Shown: one piece after another, positions 41,246-51,230 of the stretch
How positions within the stretch are numbered: position 1 is the stretch's first letter
Layout of the letters: the number at the start of each line of letters is the position of its first letter
Position numbers and translations under genes: made by a program
The notes under the pieces: model-generated
Database searches by the model: none
Seen by the model: only the letters and a program-made list of their open reading frames with translations
Told to the model about the DNA's origin: nothing
Origin: Candidatus Latescibacterota bacterium
Lineage (GTDB): Bacteria > Latescibacterota > UBA2968 > GCA-2709665
Reading direction: 5' to 3'
NCBI GenBank assembly: GCA_965219995.1
Contig: CBDCOX010000002.1
Coordinates: 1,536,001 to 1,600,000 of the forward strand
DNA length: 64,000 nucleotides

Positions 41246-42244
41246 CTAGCCTTCAACGCCGCGTCCGTAGACCGTGCGAATTACGTCCTCGATGTCGGGC
41301 TCCTGGACGGACACGTCGCGCACCCGATAGTGGGCCGAAAGCTCCGCGATGAGTGCCGACGCAGACACCTGGCTCCTCGCAAAGCGGATGCGGGCGACAT
41401 TGTTGCGACGTTCGAGAATCTCTGCGTTGGGATGCGCGAAGCCACTCAGCGGCTCTCCGGCGCCTGGATCGCATTCCACGATCAGATAACGGTGCGGGGT
41501 GATCGAGTCGACGAGCGTGGCCAGTGGTCCGTCTTCGATGATGCGTCCCTGGTTGATGATGATGAGTCGCTCGCAGAGCTCCTCCACGTCGTCCAGGTCG
41601 TGCGTGGTGAGCAGCACGGTGGTGCGCCGGCGCCGGTTGATGTCGCGGATGAATGCCCGGATCGCAGCTTTCACCTCGATGTCCATGCCTATCGTGGGCT
41701 CGTCGAGAAACAGGATATCCGGCGCGTGCAGCATGGAACCGGCCAACTCCCCGCGCATGCGTTGCCCCAGGGACAACTGCCGCACCGGTGTGTCGAGGAG
41801 GTTGCGGATGCCGAGAACCTCGCAGAGCTCTGCCAGGCTACGCTCGAAGTCGTCGTCGGCAATGCGGTAGATCCGCTTGAAAAGCTCGTAGGATTCGCCC
41901 AGGCGAAGGTCCCAGTTCAGTTGGCTGCGCTGACCGAACACGGCGCCAATGCGCTGTACGACCGCCCGCCGTTGCCTCTGGGGCGACAGGCCGACGACGG
42001 AGACGCGCCCGGACGTGGGATAGAGGATTCCGGAGAGCATCTTGATCGTCGTCGACTTCCCCGCGCCGTTGGGACCGATGAATCCGACCAGTTCGCCCGG
42101 CTGAATCGCGAAGCTCACGTCACGCACCGCGTGCACCTCACGCCGGTTCGGCCGAAACAAGCCCTTCACCGCACCGGCCAGTCCCTTTTCCTTCCCGGTC
42201 ACACGGAAGGTCTTGCAAACCTTCTCCAACTCTATATGGGTCAT
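41246..42244 (-). CDS. ABC transporter ATP-binding protein
   Basis: GPNGAGKS, LSLGQ, LFLDEPT. Confidence 0.95.
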   Translation of the reverse strand: MTHIELEKVCKTFRVTGKEKGLAGAVKGLFRPNRREVHAVRDVSFAIQPGELVGFIGPNGAGKSTTIKMLSGILYPTSGRVSVVGLSPQRQRRAVVQRIGAVFGQRSQLNWDLRLGESYELFKRIYRIADDDFERSLAELCEVLGIRNLLDTPVRQLSLGQRMRGELAGSMLHAPDILFLDEPTIGMDIEVKAAIRAFIRDINRRRRTTVLLTTHDLDDVEELCERLIIINQGRIIEDGPLATLVDSITPHRYLIVECDPGAGEPLSGFAHPNAEILERRNNVARIRFARSQVSASALIAELSAHYRVRDVSVQEPDIEDVIRTVYGRGVEG

Positions 42245-42247
42245 AAA

Positions 42248-43063
42248 CTAAGATCCCGCGCTTTCGTAGCGGCGAAGGCCGGCGGCAAAGACGGCCAGCG
42301 CCAGGGCGAGCATGGCGACACCCACTGCGGGGGTCCACAGTGCCACGTCGAGGGGCAGAGAAGTGTTCGCACTCTGGCCGAGGAAGTCGCAGGCGGGGTA
42401 GAACCCGATGAAGCCGAGGGGCAGTACGAAGGTCAATAGCGCCTGCAGGGGCCACGGGTACACGGTCAGTGGGTAGAAGGTGCCGCGCGCCATCAGTTCC
42501 ATGCTGGCGTCCACGAGGGGCTGGCTTCGCATGGTCCAGAACGCGATGGAGCTGATGAGAGTGAGGTTGGACCAGTAGATCAGGGTCCCGCCGGCAATGA
42601 CGAGGAGCACCTCGGCGACGTGCAGCGGTGTCCAGACAAACCCGGACAACCGGGCCCCGTAGAGGAAGTAGCCCGCGCCGATGCCCAGATGCACGAGACC
42701 GACCACATTGATTCGATGGCAGGAAAAGTGGAATGTGATCTCCAGGGGTCTGAGAAGCATCAGGTCGAACTCGCCGCGCGTGACAAAGCGATCGATCTGC
42801 CGCGACTGAAATGACAGGATGGACATGACGCCACGGCTCATCAGGCTCAGCCCATACAGAAAAGCGAGCTGTGGGAAGGTCCATCCCGAAAGCGGCTGGA
42901 ACCGGTCGACCAATACCTTGAGGGCAACGCCAATCCAGATGTAGTTGAAGCCCAGTCCAAGGCAGATGCTCAGCAGCGAGAACGGATACTCCAACGCCCG
43001 CTGAATCGACAAACGGCCATACAGAGCTCCAACGGACAAGTGATGACGCACGTTTGCGATCAT
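42248..43063 (-). CDS. ABC-2 type transporter permease
   Basis: Hydrophobic; GEFDLMLLRP, YPLTVYP. Confidence 0.85.
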   Translation of the reverse strand: MIANVRHHLSVGALYGRLSIQRALEYPFSLLSICLGLGFNYIWIGVALKVLVDRFQPLSGWTFPQLAFLYGLSLMSRGVMSILSFQSRQIDRFVTRGEFDLMLLRPLEITFHFSCHRINVVGLVHLGIGAGYFLYGARLSGFVWTPLHVAEVLLVIAGGTLIYWSNLTLISSIAFWTMRSQPLVDASMELMARGTFYPLTVYPWPLQALLTFVLPLGFIGFYPACDFLGQSANTSLPLDVALWTPAVGVAMLALALAVFAAGLRRYESAGS

Positions 43064-43071
43064 GGGCTACC

Positions 43072-43863
43072 CTATCCTCCCTGCACGAAGACCCGCCGCT
43101 GAGCGCGCATCCAGACGAGACCCGCGAGCAGGGCGAAGACCAGAACCCAGAGCGCCTGCACGGAGAGGACGTGGACAACCTCTGCGGCAGAGACGCGACC
43201 AATGTAGATCTCCAGCGGCGCCTGGAACGTGTACTGGAAGGGCATCCACCGCGATGCATCGGCGATGAAGTCGGGGAACAGCCACATGGGCACCAATCGT
43301 CCCGACAGGGCGAAGACGAGGCTGGTCTTTACTGAACTCACGTCCCCAAAGTCGGTGACCCAAAACGCCGTCATGCCAACGAGGACGCTAAGCAGCCACA
43401 GCAGCAGGAAGCTCAGCGCACAGCTCGGCAGAAACAGCAACCACGCTCCCATCCCCGCCGGCAGCGGCGGAGCCACAAAGAGGAGCGAGATGGCCAGCAG
43501 GGGCATGGCGAACTGCGTGACTGCCGCCAGCGAACGCCCCACGTCTTCGGTCAGCCAGTACCAAACGAGATTCACCGGTCGGATCAGATCGAGCGCGATC
43601 TCACCTGCGCGTATCTTACTAAAGAGCACGTTGTCGATGCTGACAATGAAGCATGCGTTCATCAACACGGCGACGACGGCATAGGTGACCATCTGCGCCT
43701 CGGTGACCCCGGCGACCTGGTCGATACCGCGATACGCGGTGCGCCAGAGGAAGACGGAGCCGAGGAGGAAGAACAGGTTCCGTCCAATAGAGGACAGATA
43801 CTCGAAGCGGTAGGCCAGCGCGTTCAGCAGCTGGAGCTTCAGCAAGTAGGGGTACAGGTTCAT
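43072..43863 (-). CDS. ABC-2 type transporter permease
   Basis: Hydrophobic; IRAGEIALDLIRP, C-terminal VQGG. Confidence 0.85.
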   Translation of the reverse strand: MNLYPYLLKLQLLNALAYRFEYLSSIGRNLFFLLGSVFLWRTAYRGIDQVAGVTEAQMVTYAVVAVLMNACFIVSIDNVLFSKIRAGEIALDLIRPVNLVWYWLTEDVGRSLAAVTQFAMPLLAISLLFVAPPLPAGMGAWLLFLPSCALSFLLLWLLSVLVGMTAFWVTDFGDVSSVKTSLVFALSGRLVPMWLFPDFIADASRWMPFQYTFQAPLEIYIGRVSAAEVVHVLSVQALWVLVFALLAGLVWMRAQRRVFVQGG

Positions 43864-43969
43864 GGACGGTTAATTTTCTGTCCCGGAAACTGGTTGCGTG
43901 AATTCAGTTGAGCAGTATCCGGTAAGTCCGGAACCACGAACGTGCCCTCGTCGTCTCCCGGGCCAACCC

Positions 43970-44578
43970 TCACAGGATCTCCTTGCCGAAGTCGGCGTAG
44001 GTCCCCGCGGCGGAAAGCCTGATCGGGGCGTTGATTCCGTCCAGTTCGGTGGCCACGGAACCAAGTGCTGCGAAATCAGGGATGGTCCACACAGCCAGTC
44101 CGCCGGGTTCGGGTGCCAGCATCCCGATTCTCTGGACGAGGAGATTGAGAGTGAACTCAGGATGTTGTTCTGCGCGGCTTTCGTAGAAACACCTGACGGC
44201 ATCCGCGGTGCCGCGGGCATCGAAAAACTCGGCGTAGTAGGTGCCGTTGCGGGCCGGGACCGGTTCGAGCAGCGGAGTGTAGCACCCGGCAACGTCGATC
44301 CGCGCGACCTGAAAGAACGGAAGTTCCAGGTCGTCCGCCTCGCCGCTGCGAAAGATCCGGTCCCACGCGTCGATCCTTTCAAGGCCGGCGTTGCGCGTGT
44401 GCCAGACCGTCATGTAGCCCGGATCGGGCCCCAATCGCCAGGTGCGGCCGACGGACAGAACAAGCTCGTCCTCATACCCGCTGTCCCACCCCTCCTGCCC
44501 CTGTGCGGCCTGCGAGCGAAACGTCTCCGGATCGACGCCGGGCAGACGGCTGATGTACTCGATGTATACAAGTCCCAT
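43970..44578 (-). CDS. Hypothetical protein
   Basis: 202 aa ORF co-oriented with neighbours. Confidence 0.65.
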   Translation of the reverse strand: MGLVYIEYISRLPGVDPETFRSQAAQGQEGWDSGYEDELVLSVGRTWRLGPDPGYMTVWHTRNAGLERIDAWDRIFRSGEADDLELPFFQVARIDVAGCYTPLLEPVPARNGTYYAEFFDARGTADAVRCFYESRAEQHPEFTLNLLVQRIGMLAPEPGGLAVWTIPDFAALGSVATELDGINAPIRLSAAGTYADFGKEIL

Positions 44579-44599
44579 CGTGTGTGTTGTCCTGTTGCC

Positions 44600-45652
44600 T
44601 CACGGCCTGGCCACAGCGACCTCTTTCCCGGACGCCGCCGAGGCATAAAGCGCGTCCATGAGTCGCTGAATTCGCACGATCTCCCTGCCCGATACGGGAG
44701 AAGCCTCACCCTGACGGACGGCACGCAGGAATTCGACGATCAGCGGCCTCATATCGTAGTCGCACGGCTTAACGTCGGGGGTCTCCTCACGCCACGATCG
44801 TCCATCGTCAGTCCAGATTCGAAGTGGTGAAATAGACGCGGCACCGCGGTCGCCGAGAAGGGTCCAGCCTTCGTGTCTGTCAGAAGGCGCCTGAAGAAAA
44901 TTCGCTTCCACAGCCAGGATGGTGTTCCCAGACAACCGAACGAAGCCCGCGCCGAAGTCCTCGAAGTCCGGATCGAGCGACGCCGGGTGGATGTGATCTT
45001 GCATGGGTCCGGCCGCCATCGGGAAATTGGAAACCCGCTGATGGCAGAATGCGCTGGCAGTGAGCGGTTCGGGGTTGCCAAGCAGCCAGAGCACGAGGTC
45101 GAGGTTGTGAATCGTCCAGTGTGCGAGAACGCCTCCGCCGCACGATCCACGCGACCGGTGCGCCATCGCCGGCAGTCCGCGGGCACACCCTCCCCACGTT
45201 CGAACGGCGTGTACGTGACCGAGTACGCCGTCTGCGATCCGGTCTCTCAGATACCGGGACTCGTCCCAGGTCCGGTATTGGAAACAGATGCTCAGCAGTC
45301 GATTGTTTGTTTCGGCGGCATGGATCATGTCCCGTGCCTCGTCCGCATTCATCGCCACGGGCTTTTCGCACAGGACATGGCATCCCGCCTCCAGGCACAT
45401 CACCGCGAGGTCTCGATGACTCGAGGGCAGCGTCGCAATGCTCACGACGTCGGGCCTGGTCCTTTCGAGCATCTCTTCCGCATCCAGAAATCCGGCGACT
45501 TCAAACTGTTTTCCGGCCCGCGCCACCCGTTCGGGTACCAAATCGCACACGCCTACAAGCGAACAGACTCCGGTCTCTTCCGCCTCCCGGTAGGCTGGCA
45601 GATGTTGTGCGGTCGCGATCTGGCCGCACCCGATCACCGCGACTTTAGTCAT
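44600..45652 (-). CDS. Gfo/Idh/MocA family oxidoreductase
   Basis: VIGCGQIA, HVLCEKP, GGGVL..WTIH.LD. Confidence 0.92.
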   Translation of the reverse strand: MTKVAVIGCGQIATAQHLPAYREAEETGVCSLVGVCDLVPERVARAGKQFEVAGFLDAEEMLERTRPDVVSIATLPSSHRDLAVMCLEAGCHVLCEKPVAMNADEARDMIHAAETNNRLLSICFQYRTWDESRYLRDRIADGVLGHVHAVRTWGGCARGLPAMAHRSRGSCGGGVLAHWTIHNLDLVLWLLGNPEPLTASAFCHQRVSNFPMAAGPMQDHIHPASLDPDFEDFGAGFVRLSGNTILAVEANFLQAPSDRHEGWTLLGDRGAASISPLRIWTDDGRSWREETPDVKPCDYDMRPLIVEFLRAVRQGEASPVSGREIVRIQRLMDALYASAASGKEVAVARP

Positions 45653-45894
45653 GAGCCCCTCGCAGCAGTAGGCTAAACTTCACGCCGGATCGCAACACCG
45701 ATGCGTTGTGCGCCATCGCTCGGGCGTTCGAACCGCCCATCGTCAACGACTCGACGATTCATGGAGCCGCGCCAGTCACGTCGAAGCTCTTAACGGGACC
45801 AACGTTTAGCGCACATCATTGATGATTGTATTGGGTTTTGGCTCATTCACTTCCTGTAAACGACATCTACCGGGCGTGTTGATGAAAACTCTCA

Positions 45895-46071
45895 TTAGAC
45901 GGCAAAGGGCGCTTTGGTTGGTTTGCGACGTGGAAATGACACGGGCTTCTGGGACAATCGGGCTTGCCGCTTTTGAATATCTTCATAAATAGCATCAATA
46001 TCGTGATGAAACTTAGCTGCGTATTGCTCACGGAGCTTTCGTGTTTCTTCTACAATCGGATCTTTCCACAT
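45895..46071 (-). CDS. 58 aa protein of the type found downstream of PIN toxins (putative antitoxin); absent from ORF track
   Basis: Hand translation MWKDPIVEETRKLREQYAAKFHHDIDAIYEDIQKRQ...PFAV*; starts 3 bp after PIN fragment stop. Confidence 0.7.
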   Translation of the reverse strand: MWKDPIVEETRKLREQYAAKFHHDIDAIYEDIQKRQARLSQKPVSFPRRKPTKAPFAV

Positions 46072-46074
46072 GAT

Positions 46075-46240
46075 TCAACCCTCCATCAGTTCCTGAGGTG
46101 TGCAGATGATAGGCGGTTCAAAGCCTTGTTGAAAACAGATCTCTTCTATGCGCGGTCTCAAGGCCGCATTTGCAATGTGCGTGCAAATCCAGGTGAGCAA
46201 ATAATCCATGCCGTTTACCGCTGCAACTGCGATATGGTAG
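46075..46240 (-). pseudogene. C-terminal remnant of PIN/VapC-like toxin
   Basis: HIAVAAVNGMDYLLTWICTHIANA...IICTPQEL; N-terminal part missing. Confidence 0.75.
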
Positions 46241-46316
46241 GTACCCCGAGACCCGGCGAGGGGCAGCCGCGGGATATGGCGAAACAGACGCGCCAGCGCG
46301 CAACAGGAGGATTGCA

Positions 46317-46757
46317 CTACCTGGCCGCCTCCATGGACGCTACCAGCAAGTCAATCTTGTCGTCGTAGTTGGCAACGAGTTCCGGAAGTGAACTGACGTC
46401 GGCCCAAAAGAACTCGAATGGATGGATGACGGTTCCGTCCTCCGCATGTTCTCCGTGGCGCCATGTTTCTTCCGTCGGCCCTTCCACAGACAGATGAAAG
46501 AACCAGCGAACCTGCAGTTCATCGCTGCCACAGTCCCGCATGTCCCGCGTATCCCGGCCCAGGAACTGTTCAAATTTCAGCCCGGTTAATCCCGTCTCCT
46601 CCCTTGCTTCACGCATCACGGCATCCCGAGGACTCTCTCCTGGCTCAATCGTACCCGCCGGGACCTGAATGCCTGCATCGGGCGCGCCGGGTTGCGTAAA
46701 GAGAAGCAGCCGGCTCCCGCTGGTTATATAGGCGTAAGCTCTGTGGCGCGTCTTCAT
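46317..46757 (-). CDS. NUDIX hydrolase (paralogue of 38980-39420)
   Basis: PAGTIEPGESPRDAVMREAREETG. Confidence 0.9.
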   Translation of the reverse strand: MKTRHRAYAYITSGSRLLLFTQPGAPDAGIQVPAGTIEPGESPRDAVMREAREETGLTGLKFEQFLGRDTRDMRDCGSDELQVRWFFHLSVEGPTEETWRHGEHAEDGTVIHPFEFFWADVSSLPELVANYDDKIDLLVASMEAAR

Positions 46758-47033
46758 TGGAGTAGGAGTTGGCTAGCCCCTGGTCCCCCATATGGGCTAT
46801 AATATACTCGGCACCCCGAAGCCGGAGGTGCCGCATAAACCGATGTGGAGTTCTGCCGGACCATCGTAAAATTCAAGACGCAATGAACACGCGAAGCGCG
46901 GTCTGAGCAGTTACAGGACGCGTGCACTACTTGCGGGCATCCGTCCTCCATCCATTCTCTCTGCGTTGCTTGTGCTCAGCTTGTCGCAGTGCACTCACTG
47001 CGGGCGTACTCGTCCTGCCTCTTCACGGAGCTG

Positions 47034-47093
47034 ACGTCAACCGACTGGGTTTTTGATTCAAGCTGAGTGCTGATAGCTGACGGCTGATAGCTG
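47034..47093. repeat. Dispersed repeat with GCTGA heptad periodicity, copy 2
   Basis: gggtttttgattcaagctgagtgctgatagctgacggctgatagctg. Confidence 0.55.
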
Positions 47094-47143
47094 TTTCTGC
47101 TGCTTCCGGTCGGTCGAATCCCGACAGTCAATCACGGGGGCAT

Positions 47144-47785
47144 CTAGGGCCATTTGTAGTGACGTATCTTCGGATCGCGGTATTTCGCTCGAGTGTCCCA
47201 CCACATTGCAATGCCGATCCCTCCCCCGTCGTAGCTGGCATCGGTCACCTGGTTGACGAGTCTACCGTCAATATAGGTCGTCAGCGAGCGGTGCCGGGCC
47301 GAGATGATGAGGTGGTATTCGCGTCCTTTCTCAAGCGGATAGTTGACGACACTGAGCTTGGTGACACCGTGTCGGTCCGGCTCACGCAACGTGACGTTTA
47401 TCGACTGCCAGGCATAATCGAACTCCACGAAATAGAAGCCTTTCCTGTCGTCAGTCACGCGGAACGGGAACTGCATGCACGAGCCCTTTTTCAGCGTAAC
47501 AAAGAGCGAATATTCGTAGTTCTTCCAGTTGGAATCACCCTGAAACAGATGGGACTTGCGTTTGCCATCCAGGTTCCCGATAACGGCGTCGCCATCGCGA
47601 GCCCATGCGCCGGATGACGCGGTCGGCCCCCAGCCTTCGAGGCCGTTACCCTGAAGAAGCGATTGCCAGGGGATGATCAGGCCGTCGGGCCGGCTCCGGC
47701 CATAGTCGTCGCGGGCGCCGGACTCCGCGTCGATGGTCGAAACCGGGAAAAGAAGCACAAGCAGGCAAACAAAGAGAGCATTCAT
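47144..47785 (-). CDS. DUF1080 (3-keto-disaccharide hydrolase-like) secreted protein
   Basis: Signal peptide; WQSLL.G..LEGW, W...DG...G, YIDG. Confidence 0.7.
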   Translation of the reverse strand: MNALFVCLLVLLFPVSTIDAESGARDDYGRSRPDGLIIPWQSLLQGNGLEGWGPTASSGAWARDGDAVIGNLDGKRKSHLFQGDSNWKNYEYSLFVTLKKGSCMQFPFRVTDDRKGFYFVEFDYAWQSINVTLREPDRHGVTKLSVVNYPLEKGREYHLIISARHRSLTTYIDGRLVNQVTDASYDGGGIGIAMWWDTRAKYRDPKIRHYKWP

Positions 47786-47887
47786 GTCTTCGTCCCATTT
47801 CGTTGCAATCGCGTGTCGGCGGCCGGCGGCGATGGAAACGCCACCGTGACGGTAGTCACCTTCAACATTCGCGCGTGGACACATCTG

Positions 47888-48949
47888 TCACAGTCGCACC
47901 CAATCCTTAAGGTTTGCATGCTCGAATATCATCTCGTTCTGTAATTGCAGATCCTGTCCCAGGCCGGCGTCGAGGGATCTCTCATACATGGCGATGGCGA
48001 TCCCGATGTCAACGTAGGCCAGGCCAACCGCATTAAAGTAAATTCTCTCGTCGTCATCTTCCCTTCCCGGCTTCGAGCCGCACACCAACTCCCCAAGATT
48101 CGCATACAGGTCGCTATCCGTCAGCAGACCCTCCTTGTACATGCGACTCAGCGTCTGTGTTCTGTGTTTCACGGTCTCCCAGTCATCGCAGACGATCTTA
48201 TCGCACTGTTTCGCCACGTTGTATTCATCTTCCCAGCCGCCAATATGACTGTAGAAAGCTCCGGGTTTCATCCATTCTGCCTTGAGCAGCGGCGCCTGTG
48301 CGCTTGTTGCCGTGACGATGATATCCGCTCCGTCAACCGCACGTTCGAGGTCTGAATTCGCGATCGAAAACTCCATATCGGGAAGGATCGCAGACATTTC
48401 CCGTGTGAACTGTTCTTCCTCAGCACCCAGTTTCGCGGCCACACGACATGTCGTAAGGGACGGTATGGCGGCCTTCATTGCGATCAGGTGCATCTTTGCC
48501 TGTTCACCGGCGCCGATAAATCCAATCGATGTTGCGTCCTGCCGCGCCAGATGCCTGGCAGCCAGCGCGCCGATGCTTCCAACTCGAATGTTGGAACAAA
48601 GCGTTCCTTCCATAAACGCAATCGGAAATCCATGGACAATCTCGGACAAAATGATCACCGCCGAGAGATTCTGAATCCCATGGATGACCGGATTCGGCGG
48701 AAAGACCGACACCCACTTCATCCCGCATATTCTCTTATCCTTGAACGTCGCCGGCAGGCAGTTGATCCTCTCCTGGGTTTCATCGTTGAAGATTTGCACG
48801 ATCTTGTCAGGAAACAGAATGTCTCCTTTATCGAAGGCACGAATTGCCGATTCGGCAGCGTCCATCGCCATCCGGATATCCAGGCATCCGGCGGCGAGGA
48901 GATCTTCCTGTGAAAGGAAACGGCAATGAATGTCATGACGTGGCATCAA
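47888..48949 (-). CDS. Ornithine cyclodeaminase/mu-crystallin family protein
   Basis: GMKWV..FP.NP, IGAGEQA, ADIIVTAT, GLAYVDI. Confidence 0.88.
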   Translation of the reverse strand: MMPRHDIHCRFLSQEDLLAAGCLDIRMAMDAAESAIRAFDKGDILFPDKIVQIFNDETQERINCLPATFKDKRICGMKWVSVFPPNPVIHGIQNLSAVIILSEIVHGFPIAFMEGTLCSNIRVGSIGALAARHLARQDATSIGFIGAGEQAKMHLIAMKAAIPSLTTCRVAAKLGAEEEQFTREMSAILPDMEFSIANSDLERAVDGADIIVTATSAQAPLLKAEWMKPGAFYSHIGGWEDEYNVAKQCDKIVCDDWETVKHRTQTLSRMYKEGLLTDSDLYANLGELVCGSKPGREDDDERIYFNAVGLAYVDIGIAIAMYERSLDAGLGQDLQLQNEMIFEHANLKDWVRL

Positions 48950-48973
48950 TGATCCTTCCGTTTGTAGTTGGTA

Positions 48974-49552
48974 TCAGACTCCCCAGTTCGACACATAGGA
49001 TCGACTCTTGAGTCGCTCCGCAAGCTCAATCAATACCGAAACTGACTTTCTTAACCTCGCCGTAGTTGCGTCGTCAAGTTCGCCTTCCTCACCCCAATTA
49101 TCGCCGTGCGCATAGACATTATACGGGCTGACAATGCACTTGAAATCCAGCATAAGGGACGTTGCCAGCGACGCAAACGCCATATAGCTGTGCGGCAAGC
49201 TGGCCGAATTGACAAACATCACGACCTTGTCATAGAAAGCGCCTCTGAGTGATCCGCCTGGAGGCGTAGAGCCTATATACTCGACGAATTTCTTGAGCTC
49301 TGAACAACATGCCCAGTTGTAGACCGGACTGGCCAATATGACCGCATCAGCTGCCGCAATGATCCCATGGCACGATTGGTAAACCTCGGATGAATAGATC
49401 TCGTCGTCGTCGAAATTTGGCGGATCGAGTTGTCGAAGATCGATGAAGTCAACAGAATGCCCCCGGTTCTCCAGGGCGGTCCGACACATGGCAGCAAGCA
49501 CCCTGCTGCGACTACGGGCATCGAGACTGCTGCTGACGACTGAAATCCTCAT
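48974..49552 (-). CDS. NADPH-dependent FMN reductase
   Basis: SSS....SRSR, ASPVYNW, LKKFVE. Confidence 0.85.
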   Translation of the reverse strand: MRISVVSSSLDARSRSRVLAAMCRTALENRGHSVDFIDLRQLDPPNFDDDEIYSSEVYQSCHGIIAAADAVILASPVYNWACCSELKKFVEYIGSTPPGGSLRGAFYDKVVMFVNSASLPHSYMAFASLATSLMLDFKCIVSPYNVYAHGDNWGEEGELDDATTARLRKSVSVLIELAERLKSRSYVSNWGV

Positions 49553-49588
49553 CTGAGACTTCCTTTAGATCGGCCCACTTCGCAGGGC

Positions 49589-49682
49589 CTCGAACGTTAT
49601 CACCACCTGCGACCCCGTGCATGCGGGGTGCGCGCAAGCGCCAGGCACAGAATGTCGTGCAACGCAAATGGACGTGATATAT
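49589..49682 (-). mobile_element. attC-like site with non-canonical R'' (ATATATC)
   Basis: Minus strand ATATATC-acgtc-CATTTGCG ... CGCAGGTG-gtgataac-GTTCGAG; same 5 nt and 8 nt spacers as neighbouring sites. Confidence 0.7.
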
Positions 49683-49726
49683 TACGTGGGAATTCTCACT
49701 CAGTCAATTCTTTGCCGGTGTATTGC

Positions 49727-50623
49727 TCAGTTCGGGGCTTGCGCAAAAGACGCGACAGATGACGTGTACGCGTGGCCTCCCGCCTGCCTTCGCTTCTCAA
49801 GACTGCTATGAAGTTCGTTAGACTCCCAGTTCCCGCTCTCTGCCTCCTCACGCCACTTCATGTTGTATGTCTCTCGCTTGCAAACGTCCAGGTGCTTCGG
49901 GGCAAGCGTGAGCCACGTCTTCCCTGAAGTAACACATCCGAAACCGTTAACGCATGGCGAGTGCATGTAGAGCAGGTTCTTCGCCAGGTACGTCAGATAG
50001 TCTTCCGAACAGTACCTGGCTCCGTTATGACTCAGTTCGTCGTTGCAGTTGATGGTCTTGTGCCGGCAAAGTCGGTCCCTTGTCTCCCATGGATTCAGGA
50101 TCAGTCCGTCGGAGTCACACAGATACGCATTGTAAGAAGGGTCAACCATCACCCAATTCGAGAGAGTCGAACACCAAACCACCGTAACAACATGATTATC
50201 ATAGTCATACGGATTCAGAGGATTCAGAGATACCAATCTGCTCGGCAATCCCAGAGACAGGCAGGCTTCTGTCAGCACGATAGAAAGCATGTAACAGTTG
50301 ATGCCGTAGTCCTCGCCTTTGCCGAACGAATACCTCAGAAGTCCCGAAGCGTTCATGGGCAGGGATTTGCAGACTTCGGGCAGCGATTTGGTGATGTCGC
50401 CTCTGTGGCATACGCCCTCAGACATCCACTGCATCAAGTTCAGGACCCTGGACCATTCGTCTCCACCTCCGGCAATCCGATCAAGTCCATATACTTTGCG
50501 CAGGCGCTCGAGCTCTGGATGTGAGAGTTCATACTGGAAGCCAGGTGCCAACTCGTCCGGAAACGAATCAAACTCGTCAAATAGGCGTAAGAGCCCGCAG
50601 TATAGCCTGAACTGGTTATTCAT
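49727..50623 (-). CDS. Transglutaminase-like domain protein (cassette)
   Basis: INCY, NHVV, WVMVDP catalytic triad pattern. Confidence 0.85.
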   Translation of the reverse strand: MNNQFRLYCGLLRLFDEFDSFPDELAPGFQYELSHPELERLRKVYGLDRIAGGGDEWSRVLNLMQWMSEGVCHRGDITKSLPEVCKSLPMNASGLLRYSFGKGEDYGINCYMLSIVLTEACLSLGLPSRLVSLNPLNPYDYDNHVVTVVWCSTLSNWVMVDPSYNAYLCDSDGLILNPWETRDRLCRHKTINCNDELSHNGARYCSEDYLTYLAKNLLYMHSPCVNGFGCVTSGKTWLTLAPKHLDVCKRETYNMKWREEAESGNWESNELHSSLEKRRQAGGHAYTSSVASFAQAPN

Positions 50624-50664
50624 CGTTGCTTCCTCAAGTTATGTTGATTCTATCTTCCCATTTT

Positions 50665-50750
50665 ATATATCGTCCTCGCAGGCTGCGAACCTGCGAAGCG
50701 GGTTGAGCGAAGGCGCGAATACGCAGGAGCCACAGCCCGTCGTGTTATAC
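50665..50750 (-). mobile_element. attC-like site with R' GATATAT
   Basis: Minus strand GTATAAC-acgac-GGGCTGTGG.cctgcg ... cgcagg.CGCAGCCT-gcgaggac-GATATAT. Confidence 0.75.
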
Positions 50751-50763
50751 GATGGCGGCCTGA

Positions 50764-51180
50764 TCACGCGAAGCCCAGGAGGGCAATAGTCTTCATAACC
50801 TGGGTCGCCAGTACCAGCATGTGGTACACTTTTCCGCCTCCGCTTTCCTCAACGTCTACACAGGAGAACCCAATCTCACGAGCCGTCAGCAAGAAAGCTT
50901 CCGTGTTCCTGGTTAGACGGCGCGACGCGTGCATACGGTTACCCAGGACGGCGGGCATGGGAAGGTGCTGAAGAGCTTTTCAGTGACGTCTCCAGTCTGA
51001 GCAGGGCAAGGAGGTGTTATAGGAAGTGCCAAACCTGTTCCCTTACCACAGCAATCTCAATTCCGCACACATTCCCGCCAGACGGCTTTGAAAGGCTTTC
51101 CTGTGTAATTCCATCAGGTACGAATAGGTGCTCGATCTCGAGATGCGTCCACTCTTGAAAGTGACCTTCAAGCTCGGATT
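50764..51180 (-). pseudogene. Probable 3' remnant of a cassette gene
   Basis: 64 aa ORF 50764-50958 ends 13 bp before an attC; no full-length ORF or start recognisable upstream. Confidence 0.4.
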
Positions 51181-51184
51181 GGGA

Positions 51185-51204
51185 GCGGCAACAGGTTGTT
51201 ATGA
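51185..51204 (-). mobile_element. Truncated attC (R''-L'' half only)
   Basis: Minus strand TCATAAC-aacct-GTTGCCGC; same L'' as at 60642-60649; complementary to GTTATGT at 52178-52184. Confidence 0.6.
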
Positions 51205-51230
51205 GAAAGTTTCATCTCGGTCGGCTGCCG

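Noticed and set aside
50639-50649. TTATGTTGATT as a XerD arm (pdif-like site)
   Set aside because: No XerC arm at the right spacing; its second occurrence is just part of the duplicated cassette leader.
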